This document shows, in pieces, positions 1 through 12,398 of a DNA stretch of 64,000 bases. The notes beneath the pieces were generated by a model, which was not told the origin of the DNA, searched no databases, and saw only the letters and a list, made by a program, of their open reading frames with translations. This DNA comes from Octopus sinensis (taxonomy: Eukaryota). The stretch's first letter is position 1; every line of letters starts with the position of its first letter. The stretch lies in assembly GCF_006345805.1 (NCBI RefSeq), contig NC_043019.1, positions 28,643,360-28,707,359 of the forward strand, read 5' to 3'. Position numbers and translations under genes: made by a program.

Positions 1-557
1 TTAAACGATGATGATGATGATGATGAATGACTTGTTCTGCTTCTATAATACATATATATATGCAGTACATAAATAAATATATAAGGGTCAGGGTCTATTG
101 CTTTATTTTCAAAATGCTGTGCCAATGGTTCTTTGCATAAACAGTATGGGTCCATCCTCGGCATTTAATTTCAAGACAACTAAGATGATTTCTTCAAAAT
201 GTTTTTGTTCTTCTTATGAAAGCTGTCAACCCTATCAAACCAAATTCATTTCATGATCATCTTTTTCAGGAACTTAATGATTGAAATGTTGAAAAGTTTA
301 AACACTTAGTGATGTATTGAGGGGTAACAGCTATCAATAAGTAATTGTCTTTCATTACACTGTGGCACTTTGGGACAGTTTTGTGTTATTGCTGACTAGG
401 AAACAACTTAGTGAATGAACATATGGTTGCTGCCAGACGTGATGTACTTTAACCTCAGATATATTTCAAGACCTTAATTTCAGAACAAACATTTACAAGA
501 AAAATATTGTAACCTTATATCTTGCAAAACAGTAATTAATATTTTCATTGGAAATAA

Positions 558-1190
558 GGCGGTGAGCTGACAGAATTGTTAGAATACTGGGCCAAATGCT
601 TAGCGACATTTTGTCCATCTTCGCATTCTGAGTTCACATTCCACCGAGGTTAACTTTGCCTATCATCCTTTCAGGGTTGATAAAATAAGTACCAGTTGAG
701 CACTGGGGTTAATGTAATCAACTAACCCCCTTCCCCCAAAATTGCTGATCATGTGCTAAAATTTGAAACCTAAGATAGCAAGCCGATAGAATTATTACCA
801 CGTTTCAGCTATCTTTACCTTCTGAGTTCAAATTCTGCTGCAGTCAACTTTGCCTTTCATCCTTTCGGGATCAATGAAATGAGCACCGGTTGAACATTGG
901 GGGTTGATGTAATAGAATAATGCTCACCACCAAAATTGCTGGCTTTGTGCCAAAGTTTGAAATTATTTAACGCAGTGAGCTGGCAGAATCATTAGCACAA
1001 CAGGAAAAATACTTCATCTGTCTTTATGTTCTGAGTTCACATTCCGTCAAGATCAACATTGTCTTTAATCCTTTTGGGGTTGGTAAAATAATTACTAGTT
1101 AATCACTGGGGTTGATGTAGTAGTCTGGTTCTCTTCCGCCATGCCCCACCCTTGAAATTGTTGGCCTAATACCAAAAATTTGAAACCAAT
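558..1190 (+). mobile_element. Three tandem degenerate copies of tRNA-derived SINE family C
   Basis: Three repeats of ggcgagctggcagaa..ttctgagttcaaattc..ctttgcctttcatcctttcggggtcgataaa..gtacc with a B-box-like gagttcaaattcc. Confidence 0.85.
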
Positions 1191-2484
1191 ATTTTCACTG
1201 AAAAAAACATAAGCCATTCAAAGTTAATAAACAAAGTTATGTTCTCGGTGACACTTAACATAAAACTGTAAGACAATGATTTTCCTGTGTATGTTAAGTA
1301 TCTGATGTATTTTTACAATGACATGTAAGGTCAGTTCAGAAACTTGCCAGAGACAAGCATTCCAAGTAGAGAGGTGTATCTACTTGAGATAAGTACAACT
1401 AATATGGTATCCTATTGCATTACATGAAAGCCTCAAGTTACAGATTAACAAAACAACTGATGCTCAGTTTAAACATGACAAATGTAATTTTATAACAAAG
1501 TAATAAAATTGCTTGGATATAGTAAAATGATATGTTATTGCTTTGTCAGCTTCTTGTCTTGTCTAATCTAGTTGGAACTTGTAACCACCTCAATGTTGTA
1601 AGATGTGATCCTTGTTTATTACTAATAAGGACTACGGCTTATTAATTCTCCGAAAAACTTGCAAGTTTGTATTTGGCTCACACTGAATAAAATGTAATCA
1701 TGAGAATTAAAAAAAATTTTTTGTTACTATTCAATAGTATATAACGCATCTACTTCAATACACAGTTGAGATAAGGTATCTCAAATATTATTTTAGCAAG
1801 TTTTATGCCATAAAACATTTATCATTTCTATGATGTCCCCTCCTTCCCCTCCTTATTTTGCTTAATGGTTAATCCAGCATTATCCAGAGGGTTTTTTTTT
1901 GTGTATAATACGCACTCCTTCTCTAACTTGAGTCTAGGAGGTCTATATAATGTCCTTGGTTTGTAAAAATGTATATGGTAACGTACTTTATTATTATTGT
2001 ATATATAACATAATGCAAATGTGTAGCTTTTTTGTGCATTTTGTTTGCAGAAAATAAAGAAATAACAGTAATAACGTTTAATAAATGTTGTTTACGGCAA
2101 GTTATGGATGATTCTTTTATGACTTCATTGCTTTCAGGCTTAGCTTAATGTATTTTCGCGCCCGACAACACAAAATGCATCTGAATAAACATTGCCGGAC
2201 AGCAAATAGAGACTCGGACATTGTTTTGAAAATAATTTTCAGTTTTAACCTAGTATATAGTATGCACTAGGGATTTTGACCTTTAAATTTTGGGAAAAAA
2301 TGTGGATTATACTTGAGGATTTATGGTATGTGAAAATTTAAACCCCACCCCCATAAGACATGTGGTATATTCTACAACTGCAGAGCATAGAGCCACTGCT
2401 ATTATTCTGGGTGTTTGAGAATTTTCTCCCAAGGCGGAAGCGAATATTTAAATGCTATTCCTAACCTTATTTATATTAATATGT

Positions 2485-2740
2485 TCAAAAGAAAAAGTGG
2501 AAGTGGATTGGTAGCACAGTTAGAAAAGAAACACCAAATGTAGCGAAAAGTGCTTTACAGTGGAATCCAGATGGATACAGAAAGAGAGGTAGGCCAAAAG
2601 AACTCGTGGCGTAGATCAACACAAAAGGAACTAGAGAATGGGGGATATTCATGGCAGAGTATAAGTACAGAAACGAAAAATTATGCAACATGGGATTCAA
2701 TTATAAGTGGCCTACACTCTGCGTTGGCGGGTTAAAGGCA
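2485..2740 (+). mobile_element. RTE-clade LINE 3' ORF fragment (frameshifted)
   Basis: Translates KKWKWIGSTVRK..AKSALQWNPDGYRKRGRPK, then after a frameshift NSWRRSTQKELENGGYSW..WDSIISGL*, the typical RTE C-terminal WxGH..W.P.G.R.RGRP..TW pattern. Confidence 0.8.
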
Positions 2741-3130
2741 GAAAAAAAAAATGTAATTATCAATCATATACTGCAATTAATTAACAATAGTGTTGCTGCT
2801 TACAGGTTTTCAATGGATCAAACACTCGTTCACTGCATTTTTCACAGTGAGAGTGGTAAGGGAGTGTCTCTCAGTGCAGAACAAATATTCCAAGGGATTT
2901 CATTTGGAAAAGCTCTGGGTTTTTCAAATGTTCTCACCAAAATTCACACCCTTCAGAATTGTTGCATTTACATCCTGCTGGGGATGGTGAAGTTTGTCTG
3001 TATAGAATATTATTTTGCGATTATAAAGTTGATCCTAATCTGTCCTGCATTAGTATGGAAACTGTTGATGGTCTGCACCAACAAAAATAATACAGAGAAT
3101 TATTAACGACATTTTATCTTTAGATTTTTA

Positions 3131-3482
3131 TTTGTTTCAGTCCATACTGGAGTACTGCCTTGAAGGGTTTAATTGAACAAATTGATCCCAGAGCTTATAA
3201 TTTTTGAAAAGTCTGATACTTATTCTATCGGTCTCTTTTGCCAAACTGCTAAGTTACAAGGATGTAAACAAACCAACATCAGTTGTCAAGCAGTGGTGGT
3301 GGGACACAAACACATATATATACCAAGAGCTTCTTTCAGTTTCCATCTACCAAATCCGCTCACAAGGCTTTGGCTTGCCCAAAGCTATAAGAGAAGACAC
3401 TTGTCCAAGGTGTCAGGCAATGGGACTGAACCCAGAATCATGTGGTTGAGAAGCAAACTTCTTACCACTCATCCATACCTGC
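3131..3482 (-). mobile_element. Bipartite SINE A/B (tRNA-like head A + microsatellite + module B)
   Basis: Matches the modules repeated more than 20 times in the window. Confidence 0.85.
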
Positions 3483-3538
3483 TGTTGTTTATTTATTTTA
3501 TAATGCTTCCTTGCATTGTTGTAACTTTTAACTTACAT

Positions 3539-3850
3539 GGAGGCGCAATGGCCCAGTGGTTAGGGTAGCGGACTCGTGGTTGGAAGATTGCGGTTTCGAT
3601 TCCCAGACACGGCATTGTGTATGTTTATTGAGCAAAAACACCTAAAGCTCCATGAGGCCCCGGTAGGGGGTGGTGGCGACCCCTGTTGTACTCTTTCGCC
3701 CCAACTTTCTCTCACTCCTTCTTCCTGTTTCTTGAGTAACACTGCGATGGGCTGGCGTCCCGTCCAGCTGGAGGGAACACATATGCCATAGAAACCGGGA
3801 AACCGGGCCCATGAGCCTGGCTAGGCTTGAAAAGGGCGCATAAACAAAAG
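3539..3850 (+). mobile_element. SINE family D, tail variant D1
   Basis: tRNA-like head ggaggcgcaatggcccagtggttaggg..ggtttcgattccc; tail gcgatgggctggcgtcccgtccag..gaaaccggg. Confidence 0.85.
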
Positions 3851-4489
3851 TGTATACTTATATAAGATATTTGTTGAGTATGTGATTTAAGGGAGATCTA
3901 GTTGCTATTTCTAGCAGATCAAATGACTGAGTAGAAGCTTCCTTATTCTCTCGGTGATTCTTTGTTTGTTGTCATTGGTAAGCCAAACACAAATAAACTA
4001 CAACTATTGAGAAATTATAATTCAATATGCACAGCCACGAGAATGTCAAAGATTGTTGTGTTAAGGTTTTATTGGCTCAATATCGATCGGAAATCATTTC
4101 CTTTCAAAACTAATGATATTTAAATGACTTGACGACCTTCTCCTGATGCTACTTCTAACCTCATTTATATTAACGAGTTTATTTATGTATTTATTTATTA
4201 TCTATTGCAATTGGTGAACAATAGTGTTGCCGTTTACAGATTTTCAGTGGACGGATCAAACACTGGTTCACTGAATTTCTTACAGTGAGAATGACATGGG
4301 TGTGTCCATAACTTGGTGCGAAGCAAATATTGCAAAGAATTTCATTTGAAAAGCACTGTTTTTTTTTACCCTTTTATTATCATTATTTTTTTTCTCACCA
4401 ACATTTACATCCATCAGCAAAATATACAAACTTAATATATATTAACAAATGTACCATCAAAACATTGATCTGAATAAATCTTCCGTCTT

Positions 4490-5115
4490 TTACGTTTCAG
4501 TCATTGGACTGCAGCCATGGTAGGGCACTGCCTTGAAGGGTTCTAGTTGAACGAATCAACCCCGGTGCTTATTTTTTAGGCCTTGTACTTATTTTACTGG
4601 TTTCTTTTGCCAATTGCTAAACCTCTAAGTTACAGGGTGAGCCTGTGGCAGTTGAGACCTCTGGTGTTCTTGCCCCCCTTCCCCAGACGATATCTCTGCT
4701 TACTGCTATTGGGGGAGAGATTGCTGTCTGCAAATACAAGCCCCATGAGTCAGGCTGACTGTTCCAGTACATTTGCCTCTCTATCCTCTGGAGCAACATC
4801 CTTTCCATTAGTCTGCTGGTTTTGTATATTGTGAGAAGTTTTTACTGATTAAAATGTGAACTATTTTGAGCAAAACATTGAAAATGCTAGTTATAGGGAT
4901 GTAAACAAACTAACACCATTTTGTCAAGTTCTGTCAGTGACAAACCCTGAGACACACAGACACATGTGTGTGTGTGTGTGATGGGCTTCTTTCAGTCTCT
5001 GTCTACCAAATTTACTCACAAGGCCAGGGCTATAACAGAAGGCTCTTGCACAAGATACCATGTAGTGGGACTGAACCCAGAACCACATGGTTGGAAAGCA
5101 AACTTTTTACCACAT
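4490..5115 (-). mobile_element. SINE A/B interrupted by a ~250 bp insert (4636-4884)
   Basis: Module B breaks at gctaagttacaggg and resumes at gctagttataggg. Confidence 0.7.
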
Positions 5116-5394
5116 GTATATATAAAATAATATACAATATCATGATAAAAAAAATATACTTTTCTGGCAAATGACTTGATCTGAGAAAACCAAGGAAATA
5201 CACACTTATATATACCTTTATATACACTCTTATATACTCTTGTGTAAGAGTATATAAGAGCTGGTGAATGCTACCTAAAATATACATTTATATGTTACCT
5301 TTTATTATCTGTTTGTTTCACTGGACGGTGACCATGCTGGTGCACCACCTTGAATTGGTGGTGGTGGTGGTGGTGGTGGTGGTGGTGATGAAGA

Positions 5395-5515
5395 CTATGG
5401 TTGGCTTATGGCTATAGTAGAAGACACTTGCCCAAAGTGCCATGTAGTGGGACTGAACCTGGGACCATGTGGTTGGGTAGCAAAACTTCTTATCACATAG
5501 CCACACCTGTACCTA
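5395..5515 (-). mobile_element. SINE A module
   Basis: gctatagtagaagacacttgcccaa..gggactgaacc..cacatagccac. Confidence 0.8.
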
Positions 5516-5911
5516 TTCAGACACATTTTATTTAGACTGCATTAACTAATGTATCCTTCCTTCTTTAAAACGGTAGGGTGTGATTTGATTGAGATTTAGC
5601 TGCTTTTCCTTGTCAACCAAACATCGACATGGAAAATTCAGTTTTGTGAGTTATTCTGATAAGATGAAGCAACGGAAGCAGAAGTAGCCATGCTGAGATT
5701 AATGTTCAGACTTAAAAGGGAGGCAGAGATTAGTATGCTGAAGGAATGAGGCAGGTAATCAGGGATATTGATTAGAGAATTAGCTAGAGAAGCTAAACTA
5801 GATCTCAGAGAGGGAGGTCAATAATTGGTCTCATGGCCTGCTAGAAATAGCAGCCAAATCCTTCTCCACTCATTTGGTTTTGTCTTATACGAAGCAGCAC
5901 ACATTACATTA

Positions 5912-6350
5912 TTTCTTTATTGCCCACAAGGGGCTACACATAGAGGGGACAAGCAAGACAGACAAAGGGATTAAGTCGATTACATCGACCCAGTGTGTAA
6001 CTGGTACTTAATTCATCGATCCCGAAAGGATGAAAGGCAAAGTCGACCTCGGTGGAATTTGAACCCAGAACATAAAGACAGACGAAATACCGCAAAGCAT
6101 TTTGTCTGGCATGCTAACGTTTCTTATTTCTTTATTGCCCACAAGGGGCTAAACATAGAGGGGACAAACAAGGACAAACAAAGGGATTAAGTCGATTACA
6201 TCGAACCAGTGCGTAACTGGTACTTATTTTATTGACCCTGAAAGAATGAAAAGCAAAGTTGACCTCAGCAGAATTTGAACTCAGAATGTAACGGCAAACG
6301 AAATACCGCTAAGCATTTCGTCCGGCATGCAAATGTTTCTGCAGCTCGCA
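5912..6350 (-). mobile_element. Tandem pair of SINE C
   Basis: Two consecutive reverse-strand copies with the atttctttattgcccacaaggggct tail. Confidence 0.9.
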
Positions 6351-6399
6351 CACATTACATTATGTAGTCCTTGATATACTATGTATGAGAACAACACTG

Positions 6400-6890
6400 A
6401 ACAGTCACACCTGAACATTTCTGATCTCAGGTCTGCTTGATCGTGGAAAACCTGATTCTAAGGAAGGAACAGCTATGTTAGTGAAGGCATGCCAAGGAAG
6501 GCACCTCTGAGGGCCACACAACCTACAAGAAATAGTAGCTAAGTTTCTTTTGAATCACAGCTTACCATCTCAAAAAAGGAGAGGACTCAACAGCATGGCC
6601 ATGACTGGAACACCTTCAATCATAAGTCAACTCAATCAGGATTGAAAAACTGGCACTCCATCAGTTAGAATGATGAGAGTTCCAGTTGACCCAATCAACA
6701 GATCAGCCTGCATATGAAATTAACGCAAAAGTGGTTGAGTACCCCACAGATATGCATAACATTAACATAGGAGATTCAATGCGATGCAGAATGTAACACA
6801 GCTGGATCTCTGAATTACAGGTGCAACTCATTTTTGCTAGCTGCTGAGTGGACTGAAACAGTGTGAAATGAAGTATCTTGCTCTAGGACA
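6400..6890 (-). mobile_element. Degenerate SINE F and D-tail fragments
   Basis: agaaatagtagctaagtttc.. (F) and ccatcagttagaatgatgagagttccagttg.. (D2 tail). Confidence 0.55.
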
Positions 6891-6934
6891 CAAAGGTAGT
6901 ACTGGGGTCTGTGGACTAAATTCAAAATTTCATA

Positions 6935-7290
6935 AGAAGCTTGCTTCCCAACGACATGGTTCTGGATTCAGTCCCACTGCGTGGCATCTTGGGTAAGTGT
7001 CTTATACAAGTACCTTGTGAGTGGATTTGGTAGACAGAAACTGAAAGAGCCCATTGTATATATACATGTGTGTGTGTGTGTGTATTTGTGTGTCTGTGTC
7101 CCCCACCACCATCATTGCTTGACAACCGATGTTAATGAGTTTATGTCCCCTTAACTTAGCAGTTCAGCAAAAGAGACCGATAGAATAAGTACAAGGCTTA
7201 CAAAGAGTAAGTTCTGGGATCAATTCATTCAACTAAAGGCAGCGCTCCAGCATGGCCACATTCAAATGACTGAAACAAGTGAAAAAATAA
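6935..7290 (+). mobile_element. SINE A/B
   Basis: A module, (TG)n spacer, B module ending aaacaagtgaaaaaataaaag. Confidence 0.85.
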
Positions 7291-7409
7291 AAGTATATAT
7301 AAGGATAAGCATAATAAAAGGGGTCCACGGGAAAACTCATTTAAATAAACGGGTTGGAAACCACTGCTGGGAACCCTTGTGAAAAGGCTGGGAACCACTG
7401 TCTTAGTGT

Positions 7410-7790
7410 TTAAATTGGCAATAGCAGGCCCAGATATTCTACCTGTTTTAAGTTTAAACAGACTAAATTTGGCCTTTCACACCTACCATACAATATCATT
7501 TTAAAAATATAGAATCATATCATCAAAAATCTCAAAGCTACAAGATAATGCATGGTTAATCCAAAACAATGTGATTGAAAAGCATTACATTTGATAATAA
7601 TTTAAATGCTACAGGATTAAACCAGCCATATCCAGCACAAATTTTCCAGCTGGTTTATATTCAAACTGACAAGATCTAGCCTCTCACAACTACCCTATAA
7701 TATCCATCTAAAAATAAACATGTACATCATTGAAATCTCAAAGCTACAAGTTAATGTATGATTCCACGAAAACAATATGATATTCATATT
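7410..7790. mobile_element. Two tandem decayed copies of a piggyBac-like MITE (partial third copy at 43305-43420)
   Basis: Repeated aaatctcaaagctacaagataatgcatg..aaacaatgtga; first copy ends aatgctacaggattaa. Confidence 0.55.
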
Positions 7791-8206
7791 GTAAGCAAAT
7801 GTCAATTGAGAGAGTGATCTGAATGATAAAGAATTATGCTATATAAACCTTAATGATCTCTTGTTGAAAAGATGACACTAGAATGGGGGTCGGTGAACCG
7901 GGGTAAATTATCCCAAGTGGGGTAAAAATGAAATTCTTGGGGGTAATGCGGACTCATTAGACATAAATAAAATTATATAAAAAACATGTTCCTTGTTACG
8001 ACAGATTTTTTTCTTTTGGCAACAACACTGCATCTGTCCAATATAATGGACGTGTAAGTAGATTCATATAAATAAATTCAATAAATTTTTTGAATTCTAA
8101 GAATCTATGATTTTCTCCCTTTCAAATCAAGGGGGCAATGTTGGTGTGAATAAATATATTTTAGAGTAATTGGTTAAAAATGTTTCCTGATACCCGCAAT
8201 AGGTCT

Positions 8207-8490
8207 TATTTGTTTATTTATTTATGCACCCTTTTCAAGCCTAGTTTCTATGGCGTATGTGTTCTCCCCAGGGGTGCCAGTCCATCGCAGCGTTACTCAA
8301 GAAACAGGAAGAAAGAGCGAGAGAAAGTTGAGGCGAAAGAGTACAACAGGGGTCACCACCACCCCCTGCTGGAGCTCATGGAGCTTTAGGTATTTTCGCT
8401 CAATAAACACATAACGCCCGTCCTGGGAATCGAAACCGCAATCCTCCGACCGCGAGTCCGCTGCCCTAACCACTGGGCCATTGCGCTTCC
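8207..8490 (-). mobile_element. SINE D, tail variant D1
   Basis: Reverse complement of 3539-3850. Confidence 0.85.
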
Positions 8491-9089
8491 GCAGAAGGTC
8501 TTATAAAGATTGAAAATTATTTTGAATTTGAGCTTTCTGCAGATCAAGCAAAAAATAACTGGCACAGGCAAAAATGTCCTCTGTAGCGAAGTGGGAGAGA
8601 TAGTCACATGAAAAGGTTGAGAATGACTTTTAACCAACAAGTTAAACAAACGATCGATTAGTTAGCTGAATAGACATTTAATCAATTGTCTAATAGAGGA
8701 GTAGAACTGAACCAGTGGATGTGTTATTAATATTAGCATGATGACTCTCCCAAGACAACAAATTTGTTTCAACACAAGAATTCATATAAAGAAACTTGCA
8801 AGCCAAATTCAAAAACCAAGTTGACATGATAAATTTTTCTATAAAAAAAAAGCGATATTAAAAAGTTAAAAGTTTAAGAAAAATTATATAGAAGCTTATC
8901 TTGTTTTATTAATTATTCTTTCATATAACAAAATATGAATAACGTGTTTTACTCATCATATTTATAAATTCCAATAAATAGGTCAAACGACTGCATTGAA
9001 GTTCTCTCCATTGGCTCGTAATCAAAGACTTTATGGGAAGTGAAAAGGTTAATGCTTTCCCAAGTCACGAGACTCCATAAAAGCTGATC

Positions 9090-9220
9090 TATATCTATCT
9101 GTCTATCTCTCTATCTATCTATCCATCCATCTATCTATCTGTCTATCTATATATCTATCTCTCTATCTGTCTGACTGTCTATCTATCTATCCATCTATCT
9201 ATCTATCTATCTATCCATCA

Positions 9221-9263
<43 letters not shown>

Positions 9264-9281
9264 CATCTATCCATCAATCTA

Positions 9282-9328
<47 letters not shown>

Positions 9329-9410
9329 CCTCCATCTATCTGTCTATCTATCTATCTATCCATCAGTCTAATCTATCTATCTATCCATCTATCTAATCTG
9401 TATATCTTTC
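9090..9410. repeat. (ATCT)n microsatellite
   Basis: About 320 bp of atct/atcc units. Confidence 0.95.
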
Positions 9411-10005
9411 TGGCTACCTGTCTGTCTATCTCTTTTTAAGATAATTTGGGGTTGTTTTGTTGATGCTGTTCCTTTTATACTTGTTCTTTTAGGTACATCA
9501 TTTATTCTTTTAATTTGCGTTACTTTTCCAATTGTGATACAAATAAAATGAACCAAGCATCTTTTATTTTTTTCTTCTCCATTTTCTTTTATTGACTTTT
9601 TAATTTCATGAGACTGTACACATATACACATATATTGAGGAACTTTCTATCAATATATTTGGTTAAGCCCAATTGGCATCTGGATTGTTTTTTAACAATC
9701 CCTTACGGGGATATTGCTTCCTCAAATTCTGAATGTGTGTGTGTGTGTATGTATATATATATAGAGAGAGAGGGGGAGGGGGAGAGAGAAAGAGAGAGAG
9801 AAGACACGTACATATACGAGAGTGTGAACGAATATATGTCATTATTTAGTCTATTTCAAGATTTCTTGCCAATAGAGAAAATATGTATGTATGTATATAT
9901 GTATGTAAGTGAACGTGTATGTATATATATGTGTGTGTGTGTGTATACATACATACATACGTACATATGTACATACATACATACGTACATACATACATAC
10001 ATGTG

Positions 10006-10036
<31 letters not shown>

Positions 10037-10214
10037 GCATACACATACATACACATACACTCACACGCACGCCCGCACACATTGTTAAGCGGATGAGAGA
10101 TAAATCTTCTAAATAGGTCATTGGTTTCTCTCTCATATTGCTCTTCTTGCAAAGAGGTACTTAAAAATCGCTGCTGCAGGCTAATGACTGAACCATTCAT
10201 CAATTATTTCAGCG

Positions 10215-10370
10215 GATTGGCAGAATCGTTAGAGCGTCGAATAAATGCCCTATGGTATTTAGTTACAACTAAATTCAAACTTGGCCGAGATCAAACTCTG
10301 CTTTCCATCCTTCCGGGGGTTGATTTAATAAACTGATTCCTTCCTCCAAAAAATTCTGGCCTTATGTTAC
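10215..10370 (+). mobile_element. Degenerate SINE C
   Basis: ggcagaatcgttagagcg..ctttccatccttccgggggttgat. Confidence 0.65.
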
Positions 10371-10377
10371 AAAGCGA

Positions 10378-10677
10378 GGTACTATTTAAGAAGAGTGGTC
10401 CCGGTGCGCGCACTCGCGTACTCACACAAGCTAGTCGCGACTAGTCGATCCTTACTTTGTGTTTTTGTTTTATTTACTTTGTTTAAAAAATTATTTACTT
10501 TGTGTTTTTGTGTTTTATTTAATTTGTTTTAAAAAATTATTTACTTTGTGTAAAAAAAATGATTTATTTTGTGTTTTATTTACTTTGCTAGGTAGTCGTT
10601 ATAGGATCGACTAGTCACGACTAGCTAGCGCGGATACGCGAGTGCGCGCACCGGGACCACTCTTCTTAAGTAGTACC
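10378..10677. mobile_element. MULE/Mutator-like MITE
   Basis: Long TIRs ggtactatttaagaagagtggtcccggtgcgcgcactcgcgta / tacgcgagtgcgcgcaccgggaccactcttcttaagtagtacc; perfect 9-bp TSD acaaagcga (10369-10377, 10678-10686). Confidence 0.85.
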
Positions 10678-11396
10678 ACAAAGCGATTGGACAGATTTGC
10701 AATCAAACTAACAAGCAGCAGAAGGATCTCCCTCAAATCTCATCTTACCGTCTTAAAAGGAGAAATAAGGGATCTTTTCGCTTTGACCGGCAGATTTTTA
10801 AAATAATTTCTTTGTAACTAAACACTTTTAAACTTCGTATAGTGGTAGAATGTGTTACATAAAACATCTTTTTCTCTTGGCTTTCTTGAGAAAATTTTGT
10901 AGTTTGTATAAGTAAAAGAGAGCTGGACATCTATAACTTCGTTCTAAGCTTCTCCACTCTTAAAAAGGTATAATGACAGATGTTCGAGGGCTTTTGATCA
11001 TAGGGTTTGTTCGACTTCATTTGACTTCGTGCTAAACGATAAAAACTAGGAACAAAAGACATTAGTACTTTAGAGAGTAAATTTGAAACAACAAAAATTT
11101 CTGTTTAACCCCAAGTGAGTTCTGATGTAGCAGACCTATGATCGAAGATGTTCAAGTCATGATCAACCCTCCCCTTTTCGTATAATGTGCGTGCCTTAAT
11201 TTTTTTTTTAAGCGGAAGGGTGTGATTCGAGAAAGATTTGGTGGTTATTTCTAGCATGTCGACCGACTCTGTTAGTGAAAATAACCAGTTTCATGACCCT
11301 TTGTCTCACGTCCCAGATCAGTTTTCCTAAGAGGAATAAAACAAAAATAGTGCACTTCACTATAAACAGACATAGAACCAAGGACACGTACGTACG

Positions 11397-11473
<77 letters not shown>

Positions 11474-11592
11474 AATCAAGGAACGGCCATAATAGGCCAT
11501 TCACCCACTAGAAATAACAGCCAAAAAGCTTCAACCGCAAAATAACATTAATTCCGTAAATCAGGAGAAAATTAAAAAACATTTACCCTGAA

Positions 11593-11696
11593 ATTCCTAG
11601 ACGATGCACCGTTTCTTCTACTGTTTATGGTAAATTAACCTGATTAAATTAAATCAAGCCAATCCACCATAGGCCTTAGATTCATCAGTAAGGAAT
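11593..11696 (-). ncRNA. Type-I hammerhead ribozyme motif with extended stem II (left-arm copy)
   Basis: Reverse complement of 11748-11853; 3' strand of stem I reads taggaat. Confidence 0.65.
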
Positions 11697-11747
11697 AGCC
11701 AAATCGGAACAGATATTTTTTTGAAAAATATCTGTTCCGATTTGGCT

Positions 11748-11853
11748 ATTCCTTACTGATGAATCTAAGGGCCTATGGTGGATTGGCTTGATTTAATTTA
11801 ATCAGGTTAATTTACCATTAAACAGTAGAAGAAACGGTGCATCGTCTAAGAAT
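11748..11853 (+). ncRNA. Type-I hammerhead ribozyme motif with extended stem II (right-arm copy)
   Basis: attcctta-CTGATGA-a-tcta..long hairpin..taga-a-GAAA-cggtgcatc-GTC-taagaat; stem III self-complementary (acggtgcatcgt). Confidence 0.65.
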
Positions 11854-12211
11854 TTCAGGGTAAATGTTTTTTAATTTTCTCCTGATTTACGGAATTAATG
11901 TTATTTTGCGGTTGAAGCTTTTTGGCTGTTATTTCTAGTGGTGAATGGCCTATTATGGCCGTTCCTTGATTGTGATATTGAACTTAAAAATGGTTTATGA
12001 CTATTTAATTTTTTTCCCACTAGGCCGCTGGGGGCAAAAGAATTCTACAAAATTTTTTTGCCTCCCTATATTGATTAATTATATATATATATATATATAT
12101 ATGTATGAATATAATAATATAAATTATATATAAATACATGCATATATACATACATATACTACAGATCTACATATATATGTATATAGGTAAAAATTTTCGT
12201 GTAACACCCGC

Positions 12212-12398
12212 ATGATTTTCACTAAGAAAAAAGAAACTCGGATTTTTTGCGTGGAATCAAGTACTCTGACCTCGTGATATGCTGCAAATCCCACATTTTT
12301 GTTCGGAATTGGTCCGGAAAGGGGGTTGGGGGAACTCCCCCCCTCCCGGAATTTTCACTTAAAAAAAAAACTCTGATTTTTTGCGTGGAATCAAGTAC
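12212..12398. repeat. ~50 bp direct repeat pair within a probable DNA-transposon relic
   Basis: ttttcact..aaaaaa..aactc.gattttttgcgtggaatcaagtac at ~12212 and ~12351. Confidence 0.7.

Larger units (their letters stand above)
11467..11978. mobile_element. Fold-back palindrome (~255 bp arms, 3-nt apex), Penelope-like terminal-repeat type
   Basis: Arms 11467-11720 and 11724-11978 are reverse complements apart from a few single-base differences; (TA)n on the left; hammerhead motif in each arm. Confidence 0.8.
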
